Shown: one piece after another, positions 29,085 to 37,815 of the stretch
Numbering within the stretch: the stretch's first letter is position 1
Layout: each line of letters starts with the position of its first letter
Source: an uncultured virus (IMG/VR IMGVR_UViG_3300027672_001707)
Lineage: Duplodnaviria > Heunggongvirae > Uroviricota > Caudoviricetes
Reading direction: 5' to 3' (one strand)
Virus record (IMG/VR): IMGVR_UViG_3300027672_001707
Length of the DNA stretch: 64,000 bases
Program-made: the position numbers and the translations under genes
Notes under the pieces: generated by a model
What the model saw: the letters and a program-made list of their open reading frames with translations, nothing else
Databases searched by the model: none
What the model was told of the DNA's origin: nothing

Positions 29085-29135
29085 TTGACAATATGGCTAG
29101 ATGTGTTATTATATAGTATAACTTAAATAAAAGGA
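29085..29135 (+). promoter_or_regulatory. early promoter, 16-bp spacer, TAACTTAA leader
   Basis: TTGACA 29085, TATTAT 29107; spacer nearly identical to that at 32263. Confidence 0.8.
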
Positions 29136-29142
29136 TTACATT

Positions 29143-29319
29143 ATGAAAACATTTATATTTGAAGCAATGGGCAAAACGTTTACTGCAAAAGCAGAAAATG
29201 GGCTTGATGTAATGGAAGATGCTAATAGGTCTATATTGTGGCCAAATTGGAAAGACGGAAGATGGGATCAAGTATCTGATACAAAGTATGTTTGGGTATT
29301 AGGTAATTTTTTCGATTGA
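29143..29319 (+). CDS. 58-aa early protein (absent from ORF track)
   Basis: promoter and AAGGA RBS; MKTFIFEAMGKTFTAKAENG... Confidence 0.75.
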   Translation: MKTFIFEAMGKTFTAKAENGLDVMEDANRSILWPNWKDGRWDQVSDTKYVWVLGNFFD

Positions 29320-29358
29320 CACTTTGAGTAAAGATGCTATTATAGTATTATAAGTTAA
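29316..29358 (+). promoter_or_regulatory. early promoter, 16-bp spacer, TAAGTTAA leader
   Basis: TTGACA 29316, TATTAT 29338, TAAGTTAA 29351. Confidence 0.8.
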
Positions 29359-29399
29359 TAAACCTTAGGCTGGATATGCCGATAACAGAGGAAAATATA

Positions 29400-30539
29400 A
29401 TGAGTACACCATTTACTGCACACGCAGATATTGTAAATGCACAATATGAACATACAGAAAGTCACTTCGTATCGTTACAACAACGTATAGACGAAGCATT
29501 CTTACTAGCACCTAAATTCCAAGCACAACTCGAAGCAGTTGTAGAAGAATTCAAAAGACGTAATAAGGACAAATGGAAAGATTTTGCAGACATAAGTCTA
29601 GTAGAAGCCATTCCTGTAGATTTTAATAAAATACTAATTGACTCAACAATGCAACGTCCTGTTAATATGCGTCACGTTTTAAGCATACTAAATCACTTTA
29701 GCCAAACGATGGTAATGCCTATACAAGTTTACAAAGAAGGAGACAACTATATTGCATGGGACGGGCAACACACTGCTATAGCACTTTACATTATACTTAC
29801 AAAAGTATTTGGTGAGAGACAAGCACAAGCAATGGTCCCAGTTAACATTTATCCTATCAAACACAGGTTGGAAATTAGACGTAACTTTATTTTACTTAAC
29901 GGTGATGCAAAAGAGAAACTAGACTTTATCGATACTTACAAGCAAATGGTATACGGTGTTAAAGTTGATTTAAGTGATGATGAAATTTGGCAGGACACTG
30001 CTAAAATTAACGATATACTTAAAGAAGCAGGATTGTTTGTTACACATGATAAGTTTGGAGACGAACGCAAAGCAGGTGCATTCACTTTGTTGGCAGATAC
30101 TATTATGACAAAGAATTTAGCAAAACGTAAAGACGTTGATGTTACTCGTATGTTTGCAAAGTATTGGACATATATTAATGAAGAACGTCCTGTACAAGCC
30201 AAAGAAGCAAGGGTACTATATGAATTCTTTGATGCTTGTTTTAAAGATGGTATTAAAGTAGATGACAAATACCTATTAAACTTTGCATTGTTCTGTAAAG
30301 AGTACTTTGAAGCAAATTGGAGTGAAACAGGTTCATTCTGGAGTAAAGTAAAACTATCATATGAAACATGGTATGCACAAGCAAACGCAGATGAATACGC
30401 AGAAAATGGTTTAAAAGGTTTTACTACAGAACCTCGTTTTGGTATTCCGTTTCTTATTGCTCAAATGAAAAAAAGTACTACACTTGAAACTCCAAAGTAC
30501 AAACACTTGTTTGCAGTTGATGGAAAGGACTTGTGGTAA
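29400..30539 (+). CDS. ParB/Srx-superfamily (DndB/DUF262-like) protein
   Basis: IDSTMQRPV and AWDGQHT motifs. Confidence 0.7.
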   Translation: MSTPFTAHADIVNAQYEHTESHFVSLQQRIDEAFLLAPKFQAQLEAVVEEFKRRNKDKWKDFADISLVEAIPVDFNKILIDSTMQRPVNMRHVLSILNHFSQTMVMPIQVYKEGDNYIAWDGQHTAIALYIILTKVFGERQAQAMVPVNIYPIKHRLEIRRNFILLNGDAKEKLDFIDTYKQMVYGVKVDLSDDEIWQDTAKINDILKEAGLFVTHDKFGDERKAGAFTLLADTIMTKNLAKRKDVDVTRMFAKYWTYINEERPVQAKEARVLYEFFDACFKDGIKVDDKYLLNFALFCKEYFEANWSETGSFWSKVKLSYETWYAQANADEYAENGLKGFTTEPRFGIPFLIAQMKKSTTLETPKYKHLFAVDGKDLW

Positions 30540-30997
30540 TGTTAAGAGATCCTGCTAAAGACAAGTTTAAATCGTCGTCAGTACTAACTGAACAACAACT
30601 TAAGAACAAGTGTTGTATGTTAGAGGATTGTGATAACAAATTAAGTATGTTCGAAGGACCTGGTAGTCAAGTACTATGCAGAGAACATCAATTAGAATGT
30701 AATGCTTATGGTGGAATGGGTAAGCCAGAAAGACCACATACATTTTATAGAGGGTGGGAATGTACAACCTGCGGTTATGATCCACGTGAAGATACACTAC
30801 GATTTAACCATGAAGACCCATTTATACAAAATCGAGCCATGCGAGGCGTAATGCATGGTGACCATATCCACTTAAAAAGTCATGGTGGAGCAGATACACA
30901 GGATAATATTAATACATTGTGTGTATTATGCCATATGGCTAAAACGTATTTGGAAGGTGACTTCCTAGGCAAAAGAAAGGATAATATGGTAGTTTAA
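30539..30997 (+). CDS. HNH endonuclease with zinc motifs
   Basis: CTTCG...GDHIHLKSHGG...NINTLCVLCHMAKT. Confidence 0.88.
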   Translation: MLRDPAKDKFKSSSVLTEQQLKNKCCMLEDCDNKLSMFEGPGSQVLCREHQLECNAYGGMGKPERPHTFYRGWECTTCGYDPREDTLRFNHEDPFIQNRAMRGVMHGDHIHLKSHGGADTQDNINTLCVLCHMAKTYLEGDFLGKRKDNMVV

Positions 30998-31064
30998 TTA
31001 TTAATCTTAAAAAAAGATTCCTTACTATTTTTAACAATCGTTGATTTAGAAGGATTTTTAAAGG

Positions 31065-31092
31065 TTGACAGATTAAGCATATATGTTATATT
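31065..31092 (+). promoter_or_regulatory. early promoter, 16-bp spacer
   Basis: TTGACA-16-TATATT with TG extension. Confidence 0.7.
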
Positions 31093-31126
31093 AGTTAAAT
31101 GATGTTAAATACAATAGAGAACAGAC

Positions 31127-31624
31127 ATGAAAGTAACAGTAACAGGCGGGTTCAAAACCCAGAGAACTTACACCGAGTCTATAGCAAAATTCTGTGCAGA
31201 CTTGTTAATGTCCAAGCGACTCCAAAAAAACATAGAAATAGAAATTCAACTTGTTCCGAACTTAATGAAAAAGGAGGAAGTGTATGGTGATTCTTGTTGG
31301 GAAGACAACAACTGGAGACCACGTGAATTCTCTATTAGAGCAGACAGCAAACTACGAATGCGTAGAATGTTGGAAACTATTGCACACGAAATGGTACACG
31401 TTAAACAATTTGCTAAAGGCGAAATGGTTGACCTTGCTACCTCAGATAAAATTCGATGGTGTGGTAAAATGTTTGAAGAAAAAGAATCAAACTACTACGA
31501 CTATCCTTGGGAAATTGAAGCACATGGTAAAGAGATTGGTCTCTTTGTTCGTTGGGCTCAAGAGAACAAGTTGTCTAAGCAACCTTGGACAAAGAACGAA
31601 GACTACGCCGAAATCAAACAATAA
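31127..31624 (+). CDS. zincin-like metallopeptidase
   Basis: IAHEMVHVKQ (HExxH); PWEIEA. Confidence 0.82.
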   Translation: MKVTVTGGFKTQRTYTESIAKFCADLLMSKRLQKNIEIEIQLVPNLMKKEEVYGDSCWEDNNWRPREFSIRADSKLRMRRMLETIAHEMVHVKQFAKGEMVDLATSDKIRWCGKMFEEKESNYYDYPWEIEAHGKEIGLFVRWAQENKLSKQPWTKNEDYAEIKQ

Positions 31625-31657
31625 TAACAATCAATCACAACCGAAAGAGAGAAATCT

Positions 31658-31981
31658 ATGAATCCGATTAAATCAATCTACGACTTAACCTCCAACGAAA
31701 TGGAAGTAAGAGCATTTGGCAGAGATGTAATGGACTTATCCTTTATTGAAAAAGATGATGTTCGTGCTAATACACTGTCTGACCTGGGATACCGTTTAAG
31801 TAACTTTGGTGAACTGTTTGGTATGAAAGCAAAGGACATTACTCCAGAGGAAGAGCAGTTAATAAACTATGCTCAAAAGGAAGTCCAAGCACCTAAGAAT
31901 GCTAAAAAATTGCAACGTCTACGAGACTTGCAAAAAGAGAAACTTGAAAAAGCATTTATTCAATCTTCACCGGTAGAATAA
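31658..31981 (+). CDS. hypothetical protein
   Basis: GAGA RBS. Confidence 0.65.
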   Translation: MNPIKSIYDLTSNEMEVRAFGRDVMDLSFIEKDDVRANTLSDLGYRLSNFGELFGMKAKDITPEEEQLINYAQKEVQAPKNAKKLQRLRDLQKEKLEKAFIQSSPVE

Positions 31982-31983
31982 AA

Positions 31984-32130
31984 ATGTGGCAAGTTATCTA
32001 CACACCCAAAGTCGAAGACGAGGTCGTCATCGCAGAATTTGATACTGTTCAAGAAGCAGAAAAACATATGAACAGTATCTTTAAACAGAGCCCAAAGGCT
32101 CACCCCCATCACTATATCAAGGAGAAGTAA
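31984..32130 (+). CDS. 48-aa hypothetical protein (absent from ORF track)
   Basis: MWQVIYTPKVEDEVVIAEFDTVQEAE...; fills operon gap. Confidence 0.6.
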   Translation: MWQVIYTPKVEDEVVIAEFDTVQEAEKHMNSIFKQSPKAHPHHYIKEK

Positions 32131-32131
32131 A

Positions 32132-32257
32132 ATGAAATACTTTACATTACTATTAGTTTGCCTAACGTTAGGTGCTTGTTCAACAGTTGCAGGAGTTGGT
32201 AAAGACATTACGTCTGCCTCTGAATATACTAAAGAAAAGATTGGCAATCAGTTATAA
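32132..32257 (+). CDS. entericidin EcnA/B-like lipoprotein, 41 aa (absent from ORF track)
   Basis: AAGGAG RBS; MKYFTLLLVCLTLGACSTVAGVGKDI matches the C-x-T-x-x-G-x-G-x-D-I pattern. Confidence 0.8.
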   Translation: MKYFTLLLVCLTLGACSTVAGVGKDITSASEYTKEKIGNQL

Positions 32258-32262
32258 ACCGG

Positions 32263-32314
32263 TTGACAACATGGCTAGTTGTGTTATACTTGTAGTATAA
32301 GTTAAACAACGGAG
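32263..32314 (+). promoter_or_regulatory. early promoter, 16-bp spacer, TAAGTTAA leader
   Basis: TTGACA 32263, TATACT 32285, TAAGTTAA 32298, GGAG. Confidence 0.85.
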
Positions 32315-32320
32315 TTGCTC

Positions 32321-32608
32321 ATGGGATATTACACTTACACTAAAGATCCAATAGGATGTTTTACTGAAAAGGATCACGGTAACTATTTCGAATACTCACT
32401 TAATGATGATAGTATGGCATTATGCGAAGACTATCCACACAAAGTATGGGTAGGCAGTGGACAGATTGGCGGCGACTCAGGTTATCGTTATGCTATTGTA
32501 AAGAAGACAGTTGCATATGTTTGCGTAGACGAAGATGAGTTTGGTCTTCCTGTATTAGAGAAGTGGAACTTGACGAAGAACAAGACTTATGTAATTTACG
32601 GGAACTAA
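32321..32608 (+). CDS. early hypothetical protein
   Basis: promoter and RBS. Confidence 0.75.
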   Translation: MGYYTYTKDPIGCFTEKDHGNYFEYSLNDDSMALCEDYPHKVWVGSGQIGGDSGYRYAIVKKTVAYVCVDEDEFGLPVLEKWNLTKNKTYVIYGN

Positions 32609-32609
32609 T

Positions 32610-32795
32610 ATGAAGTACTTAACAGAAGTTACAGTTTGGGATTCACCTGTTCAGAATCATACATATATCATCAACGATGTAAATTGGTGTGTAGGTTATA
32701 TCAAACAAGGCACTACTAAAGAGATTATCTTCTCAAAGCCTATGAAACAATGGTCCAAAAGTTATCGTAAATTTATTCCATATAATAGCAAATAA
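32610..32795 (+). CDS. hypothetical protein
   Basis: operon spacing. Confidence 0.7.
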   Translation: MKYLTEVTVWDSPVQNHTYIINDVNWCVGYIKQGTTKEIIFSKPMKQWSKSYRKFIPYNSK

Positions 32796-32799
32796 AAGG

Positions 32800-32853
32800 T
32801 TGACAAGTACTGTAGATGTGCTATTATAAAGTATAAGTTAAACAACAGGAGAT
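32800..32853 (+). promoter_or_regulatory. early promoter, 16-bp spacer, TAAGTTAA leader
   Basis: TTGACA 32800, TATTAT 32822, TAAGTTAA 32834, AGGAGAT 32847. Confidence 0.85.
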
Positions 32854-32857
32854 ACTA

Positions 32858-33292
32858 ATGTTTACAGATACAGTTAAAAAAACACCAGAATACAAGTTTA
32901 ATGATGAATTTGGTGATATCGAATCCTTAAAATTCGAAGATGTTTCGCAATTTGAACTAGAACATGAACATTATGATGATCTTAAAACTTCATTAAACTA
33001 TGATACCGTTTGGAGTTTAGATAGTGGTATTCTTCAATTGGATCAAAAAATATTTATCGATAAGCCTTTTATTGTTACATACAAAGTAATCAAAGATATG
33101 TCTGATGATTTTCAAACTACTACCTATCAAACATTCACTGCCGTTACTAAAGATGGTACAGTAGGTGAACTTTGGAAAGCCGCTGAAAACTGCTTTCAAC
33201 AAGCCAAGTTAGCATTAAATGATTGGCACTACTTTGTCGAAGATCTTGTAATGCAAGAAGATGGAACACTACAACTAGTTACAGGAAGTTAG
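32858..33292 (+). CDS. early hypothetical protein
   Basis: promoter and RBS; DWHYFVE...LVTGS C-terminus. Confidence 0.75.
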   Translation: MFTDTVKKTPEYKFNDEFGDIESLKFEDVSQFELEHEHYDDLKTSLNYDTVWSLDSGILQLDQKIFIDKPFIVTYKVIKDMSDDFQTTTYQTFTAVTKDGTVGELWKAAENCFQQAKLALNDWHYFVEDLVMQEDGTLQLVTGS

Positions 33293-33422
33293 AATATGAT
33301 AAAACTTTTAATTAAGAAAATGTTATTAGGCGATAAGTCTGCTGAACAGAAATTAATTACCAACCACGGATTAACACAAACCGATATTGCTAAAATTAAG
33401 AAATATAGTTATAATTAAAAGG

Positions 33423-33451
33423 TTGACAAAGCCTTTAATTTGTTGTATTAT
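33423..33451 (+). promoter_or_regulatory. sigma70-type promoter, 17-bp spacer
   Basis: TTGACA-17-TATTAT. Confidence 0.7.
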
Positions 33452-33482
33452 AAACGTAGTTAAAAAATAGAGAGAATACAAA

Positions 33483-34214
33483 ATGAAAAAAGAAACTTTT
33501 ACATTTACCAAAGTATTAACACTAGCATTTGTGGCTCAACGTTTTAATAAGTCTTATAATAAGCACACTACATCATCTATGACTGCAAACGATACTATAA
33601 AGTATTCAGTTGCAAACAAACAAATTATGCGATTCCTAACTGGCAATGAGCAAGGTATGGAACTTGGTGTAATTAATCATTTAAAGAAGAACGAAAAGAA
33701 ACTTCGTATTACCGAAGCAGACGAAAAGAATACATCTGAAGCAGTTGAATGGTTAGAATCTCTTGCAATGGGAGTTCTTTCCGGAGAAATCAACGGCTTT
33801 GACAGTAGTATCTATATGACCTTTGAAAAAGGAGAACTTCAACATTTTGATTTTGGTTTAGTTGCATATATGCCACAAACTTATATCCGTAATGTTAAGA
33901 AAGAGAATTTAGAACTTAGAATTACACAACGTTGTGAAGACAGCGAATATATTTCTAAGCCTGGTCATAAGGTTAACCTAAACATTGAACTACAAACAGG
34001 TGTTTATAGTTCTAACTACAGTAGTTTCATTTATGTTGCAATAACAGACAATGATGAACTAGTTACGTTTTGGAGCCAAAAAGACTTTTTAGATGCAGTA
34101 GGTAAAACTGTTAATATCACTGCAAAGGTTAAAAAGCAAATGAGTAGTCGTTGGTATCAAGGTATTAACGAAACTCAATTAAATTATGTTAAATTAGTAG
34201 AGGAAAGCAAATGA
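33483..34214 (+). CDS. hypothetical protein with C-terminal OB-fold-like domain
   Basis: SEYISKPG.KV...ITAKVK...ETQLNYVK. Confidence 0.7.
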   Translation: MKKETFTFTKVLTLAFVAQRFNKSYNKHTTSSMTANDTIKYSVANKQIMRFLTGNEQGMELGVINHLKKNEKKLRITEADEKNTSEAVEWLESLAMGVLSGEINGFDSSIYMTFEKGELQHFDFGLVAYMPQTYIRNVKKENLELRITQRCEDSEYISKPGHKVNLNIELQTGVYSSNYSSFIYVAITDNDELVTFWSQKDFLDAVGKTVNITAKVKKQMSSRWYQGINETQLNYVKLVEESK

Positions 34215-34414
34215 CAGATAATGTACAAGAACGCATGATGGAACTTTGCGAGCCTATTGATGAAACAATAATGAGTCTAACAAATCACGAAGATGCCCTT
34301 ATGCTGGCGTGTGCAATGCTAGAGAAAGTGAAAACTATCTTAGATGCACAAATTGGTGTTAAAGGACGATATGAGATCATTGCATCTGCTAACACTATTA
34401 AATTAGATTCATAA
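34211..34414 (+). CDS. hypothetical protein
   Basis: GAGG RBS; ATGA overlap. Confidence 0.7.
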   Translation: MTDNVQERMMELCEPIDETIMSLTNHEDALMLACAMLEKVKTILDAQIGVKGRYEIIASANTIKLDS

Positions 34415-34419
34415 AGTTT

Positions 34420-34490
34420 ACGGTACGATCTCCTTCTTAACTTACGCCGAGCCTCTCAGAGTGGTACCGTCTCTGGGAGGTTCATTTTTT
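34420..34490 (+). ncRNA. candidate structured small RNA ending in an intrinsic terminator
   Basis: 13-bp stem 34449-61/34471-83 plus T6; loop GTACCGT pairs with ACGGTAC 34420-26; intervening segment GATCTCCTTCTTAACTTAC is anti-SD and anti-leader. Confidence 0.55.
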
Positions 34491-34516
34491 ATACACTCAT
34501 TGAAAGGAATACATAT

Positions 34517-34684
34517 ATGGCAATGACTGAAGAAGAAATAGTTAATTATAACGAACAAGTAAAACTATGGTTAGCAAAGGGCAATAAGATTACGCAATGC
34601 CCTGCAGGCGAACGTACAGAGGATATAACAAAGATAAATCGTTGGAAAGGACGACCAAAGAAAAAGGTTGACAAGTCGGCGTAA
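34517..34684 (+). CDS. 55-aa basic protein (absent from ORF track)
   Basis: AAGGA RBS; ...WLAKGNKITQCPAG... Confidence 0.7.
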   Translation: MAMTEEEIVNYNEQVKLWLAKGNKITQCPAGERTEDITKINRWKGRPKKKVDKSA

Positions 34685-34721
34685 TGTGTTATACTTGTAT
34701 AGTAAGTTAAATTAATAAGGA
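34668..34721 (+). promoter_or_regulatory. early promoter, 16-bp spacer, GTAAGTTAA leader
   Basis: TTGACA 34668, TATACT 34690, TAAGTTAA 34703. Confidence 0.85.
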
Positions 34722-34725
34722 AAGA

Positions 34726-35307
34726 ATGAAGTTGAAAAAAATTATATTAACAGATGCGGATGGTGTGCTTCTTAATTGGGAGTTTGCATTCAATTGTTGG
34801 ATGGAAAATCACGGATTTAAAACTACTAAAGGATATCAGTTCAAATACGATATGGCTGAACGATACGGTATTCCAAAGACTCAGGTTAAGACACTAATTA
34901 AGCAATTTAATGAAAGTGCAACTATTGGGTTTTTGCCTGCTCTACGTGATGCAGTACAGTACGTTACTAAACTAGCAGACGAAGGATGGGAATTCCATTG
35001 TATTACTTCTTTAAGTAATGACAAGTATGCACAACGTTTAAGGCAAAAGAACTTAGACAAGTTATTTGGTAAAGGAGTATTTACTAAATTAGTTTGTTTA
35101 GGAACTGGAGACGACAAAGACGAAGCATTGTCTGTTTACAAGAATTCTAAGATGTGGTGGATTGAAGACAAACCTGAGAACGCCGAAGCAGGCGCCAAAG
35201 CAGGACTTAAACCATTACTTGTAGAGCATGGTCATAATATGAACGGTGACTACAATTACCCTATCGTTAAAGATTGGGAACAGATTTATAACACAGTTAC
35301 AGCCTAA
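34726..35307 (+). CDS. HAD-family 5'-nucleotidase/phosphatase
   Basis: LTDADGVLL, ITS, IEDKPEN. Confidence 0.88.
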   Translation: MKLKKIILTDADGVLLNWEFAFNCWMENHGFKTTKGYQFKYDMAERYGIPKTQVKTLIKQFNESATIGFLPALRDAVQYVTKLADEGWEFHCITSLSNDKYAQRLRQKNLDKLFGKGVFTKLVCLGTGDDKDEALSVYKNSKMWWIEDKPENAEAGAKAGLKPLLVEHGHNMNGDYNYPIVKDWEQIYNTVTA

Positions 35308-35339
35308 TAAGGTTGCAGTGTCCGGAACACTGCACCTTA
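35308..35339. terminator. hairpin between convergent genes
   Basis: TAAGG-T-TGCAGTGT-CCGGA-ACACTGCA-CCTTA. Confidence 0.7.
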
Positions 35340-35355
35340 ATTAATAAGTTATTTT

Positions 35356-36081
35356 TTAATCATCATCACCATATATTTCTAACACTTCGGCAACTGCTGG
35401 ATGACGTTCTATGTCACTATGCGAAAACTGTACACATTCGATATGATTTGAATCTCTCGTTTGTACAAGTTGCATAAAGTTTAAAAGTCCGTTATCCTTG
35501 TTCTTTCGATCGGCTTGCTTAACATCTCCGGTTACTACAATTTTACTTCCTTCGCCTATACGGGTCAATAGCATCTTCATCTGATTTGGCGTTGCATTTT
35601 GCATTTCGTCAGCGACGATATATGCATTTTTAAATGTGCGACCACGCATGAATGCTAGGGGTGATATTTCGATGATTTGTTCTTCTAGCATCTTGGCTGT
35701 TTCTTTAGGGGAGTAATATTCATGTAAAACATCGAACAATGGACGAGTCCACGGTTCCATTTTTTGATTGAGATCGCCTGGCAAAAATCCATGTCTCTCG
35801 TCGTCAACACCGACCGCCGGACGTGTCATAATAATCTTATCTATTGTACCTTGTTTATAATGTTTAATAGCCGAAAGCATAGCAATCATAGTTTTACCTG
35901 TGCCTGCTGGACCTGATGCAAATACAATACTCTTGTTTGACGTGAGTAAAGCATCTACATAAGATTCTTGCGTTCTACTTCTAGGAATAATAGTAACATT
36001 TTTCTTATGTCGTTGGTTTTGATCGTTGGTATCTTGTGAGATATACATATATTCTTCTTTATTGCGTCTACGTTTGCCCAA
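35356..36081 (-). CDS. phoH: PhoH-family ATPase
   Basis: GPAGTGKT, GFLPGDL, FMRGRTF, DEMQN, GDVKQAD; AGGAGG RBS, TTG start. Confidence 0.95.
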   Translation of the reverse strand: MGKRRRNKEEYMYISQDTNDQNQRHKKNVTIIPRSRTQESYVDALLTSNKSIVFASGPAGTGKTMIAMLSAIKHYKQGTIDKIIMTRPAVGVDDERHGFLPGDLNQKMEPWTRPLFDVLHEYYSPKETAKMLEEQIIEISPLAFMRGRTFKNAYIVADEMQNATPNQMKMLLTRIGEGSKIVVTGDVKQADRKNKDNGLLNFMQLVQTRDSNHIECVQFSHSDIERHPAVAEVLEIYGDDD

Positions 36082-36230
36082 TTTGAACCTCCTGAGTTTC
36101 TGTTAGGGTATACAAATTATGTTGTATACTTAATAATATTTAACACTGTAGATCCAACAATAACCAATAATACATAAGGCCCAATGAAAAGGATAAATAC
36201 TTTGAGTAACGAAAAGACGGTAAGTAACAC

Positions 36231-36743
36231 ATGAAATCAAACAATATTGTAACAAACGTCAATAAGCTCTATCAAGCAGAGAGTTTTATGACAACATTAG
36301 TAGACTTTGAACGTGTCTTAGACAGTGTTCATTTATATGCCTACGAAAACTGGTTGAAGGGCGAATTAGTAGAGGGTCCTAAGGTTGATAAACACTGGGT
36401 AACTTGTACATTCATGTGGCCTCATAAGATGATGCCTGAGCCCCAAGGAGCAAAAAGACTCCTAGACTATAATATTAAAGTACGTTACAAAAAAGATATT
36501 CTAGAAAGTCCAGTCACTATTAAAGCACCAGAAGATATGGCCCCAGGCGGCAGGTATCCTAAAATGAAATCTGATCCTATTTGGTTAGTTGAAATTAGAA
36601 TGCCAAAAACAATCATGTCTGACATTTATCGTGGTACTATGGAACTAGAAGGTGAGAAAATTGATCTAGATGATATCAACACTGCATATCAACAAGATTT
36701 AGACTTTGATGGAACAACTGATGACAACACCGAAGCAGAATAA
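36231..36743 (+). CDS. late hypothetical protein
   Basis: late promoter 36193. Confidence 0.75.
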   Translation: MKSNNIVTNVNKLYQAESFMTTLVDFERVLDSVHLYAYENWLKGELVEGPKVDKHWVTCTFMWPHKMMPEPQGAKRLLDYNIKVRYKKDILESPVTIKAPEDMAPGGRYPKMKSDPIWLVEIRMPKTIMSDIYRGTMELEGEKIDLDDINTAYQQDLDFDGTTDDNTEAE

Positions 36744-37284
36744 ACAACTAAACGAAGGTCTTCGCAAAGGCGACTTGTACGACTTAATAGATCCTAATAT
36801 CTCTATTGACAGATACAAAAGTAAGATGGGCGACGACGATCAAATCGTTGTGGTCGGTTTAAAAGCCATGCACAAAGAAGCGGCAAAAGATTTAGTAGAC
36901 TTTATTGAGTCAGGATACGAATGGGTACTAGATGCCAATGAAAGTCCTGCAACAGATGAAAAAGGTAAAGTTACAGTATTTGTTGAATTCAATCGTAGAA
37001 CTACGGTAACAGATAGATTATTAGAATTGTTAAGCGACTTAGATCATTTAACAACTAAAATGGATTGGACGTTTTCATACTACAAAAACGATTACCCTTT
37101 AGAAGTTACTGAAGAGAATTTAAAAATTATCCCTAAAAGTCCAAAAGCATATAGGGACAGATTAATGCAAGAGCAAGAACTCGATAATATGATGATGCAG
37201 GCAGGACTGGATCCAAGTAAGCGATACGCAAAAGCGCCTGAAGATAAAGATATCTCATTCATACAGAGTATTGCCAAACAATAA
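36721..37284 (+). CDS. late hypothetical protein (possible head protein)
   Basis: LNE-G near N-terminus; SIDRYKSKMG motif. Confidence 0.7.
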   Translation: MTTPKQNKQLNEGLRKGDLYDLIDPNISIDRYKSKMGDDDQIVVVGLKAMHKEAAKDLVDFIESGYEWVLDANESPATDEKGKVTVFVEFNRRTTVTDRLLELLSDLDHLTTKMDWTFSYYKNDYPLEVTEENLKIIPKSPKAYRDRLMQEQELDNMMMQAGLDPSKRYAKAPEDKDISFIQSIAKQ

Positions 37285-37301
37285 AATAGAGGCAAAACCA
37301 G

Positions 37302-37811
37302 ATGCAAACCAATTATCAAAAATGTTTAGAAACTATACTTCATCATGAAGGTGGATATGTAAACCATCCTAAAGATCCAGGCGGGGAAACTAACTTGGGT
37401 GTTACTAAAAGAGTTTATGTAGAATGGGGCGGAAGCAAAGACATGAAAGACTTATTAGTCGAAGATGTTGCTCCAATTTATAAAAAGAATTACTGGGACA
37501 AAGTTAAAGGTGATGACTTACCAAGTGGATTAGACTTATGTGTATTCGACTTTGGTGTTAATGCAGGTCCTGGACGTAGTGCAAAATATCTACAAACTAT
37601 GATTGGAACAGTAGCCGATGGTGGCATTGGTCCTAACACACTTAAATGTGTTGACGAGTATGTAGACAAGCACGGACTAATAGACACAATTATCAACTTC
37701 CAAGAAGCACGTCAAAGTTACTACGAAAAGTTAAGTACCTTTGCAACATTTGGAAGAGGTTGGACAAGACGTGTAAACGAAACAACGGACTTGGCTAAAA
37801 GCCTAGTATAA
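37302..37811 (+). CDS. endolysin, GH108 lysozyme with PG-binding C-terminus
   Basis: HEGGYVNHPKDPGGETNLGVT; FGRGWTRR. Confidence 0.93.
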   Translation: MQTNYQKCLETILHHEGGYVNHPKDPGGETNLGVTKRVYVEWGGSKDMKDLLVEDVAPIYKKNYWDKVKGDDLPSGLDLCVFDFGVNAGPGRSAKYLQTMIGTVADGGIGPNTLKCVDEYVDKHGLIDTIINFQEARQSYYEKLSTFATFGRGWTRRVNETTDLAKSLV

Positions 37812-37815
37812 ATTT

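Noticed and set aside
31284..31661. 125-aa alternative-frame ORF overlapping the metallopeptidase
   Set aside because: The HExxH frame explains the region; an upstream AGGAGG exists but is also coding sequence, so the support is insufficient.
34400..34448. Minus-strand gene start implied by TAAGTTAAGAAGGAG
   Set aside because: The next ATG gives only MNLI-stop, no promoter is visible, and the terminator T-run is on the plus strand.
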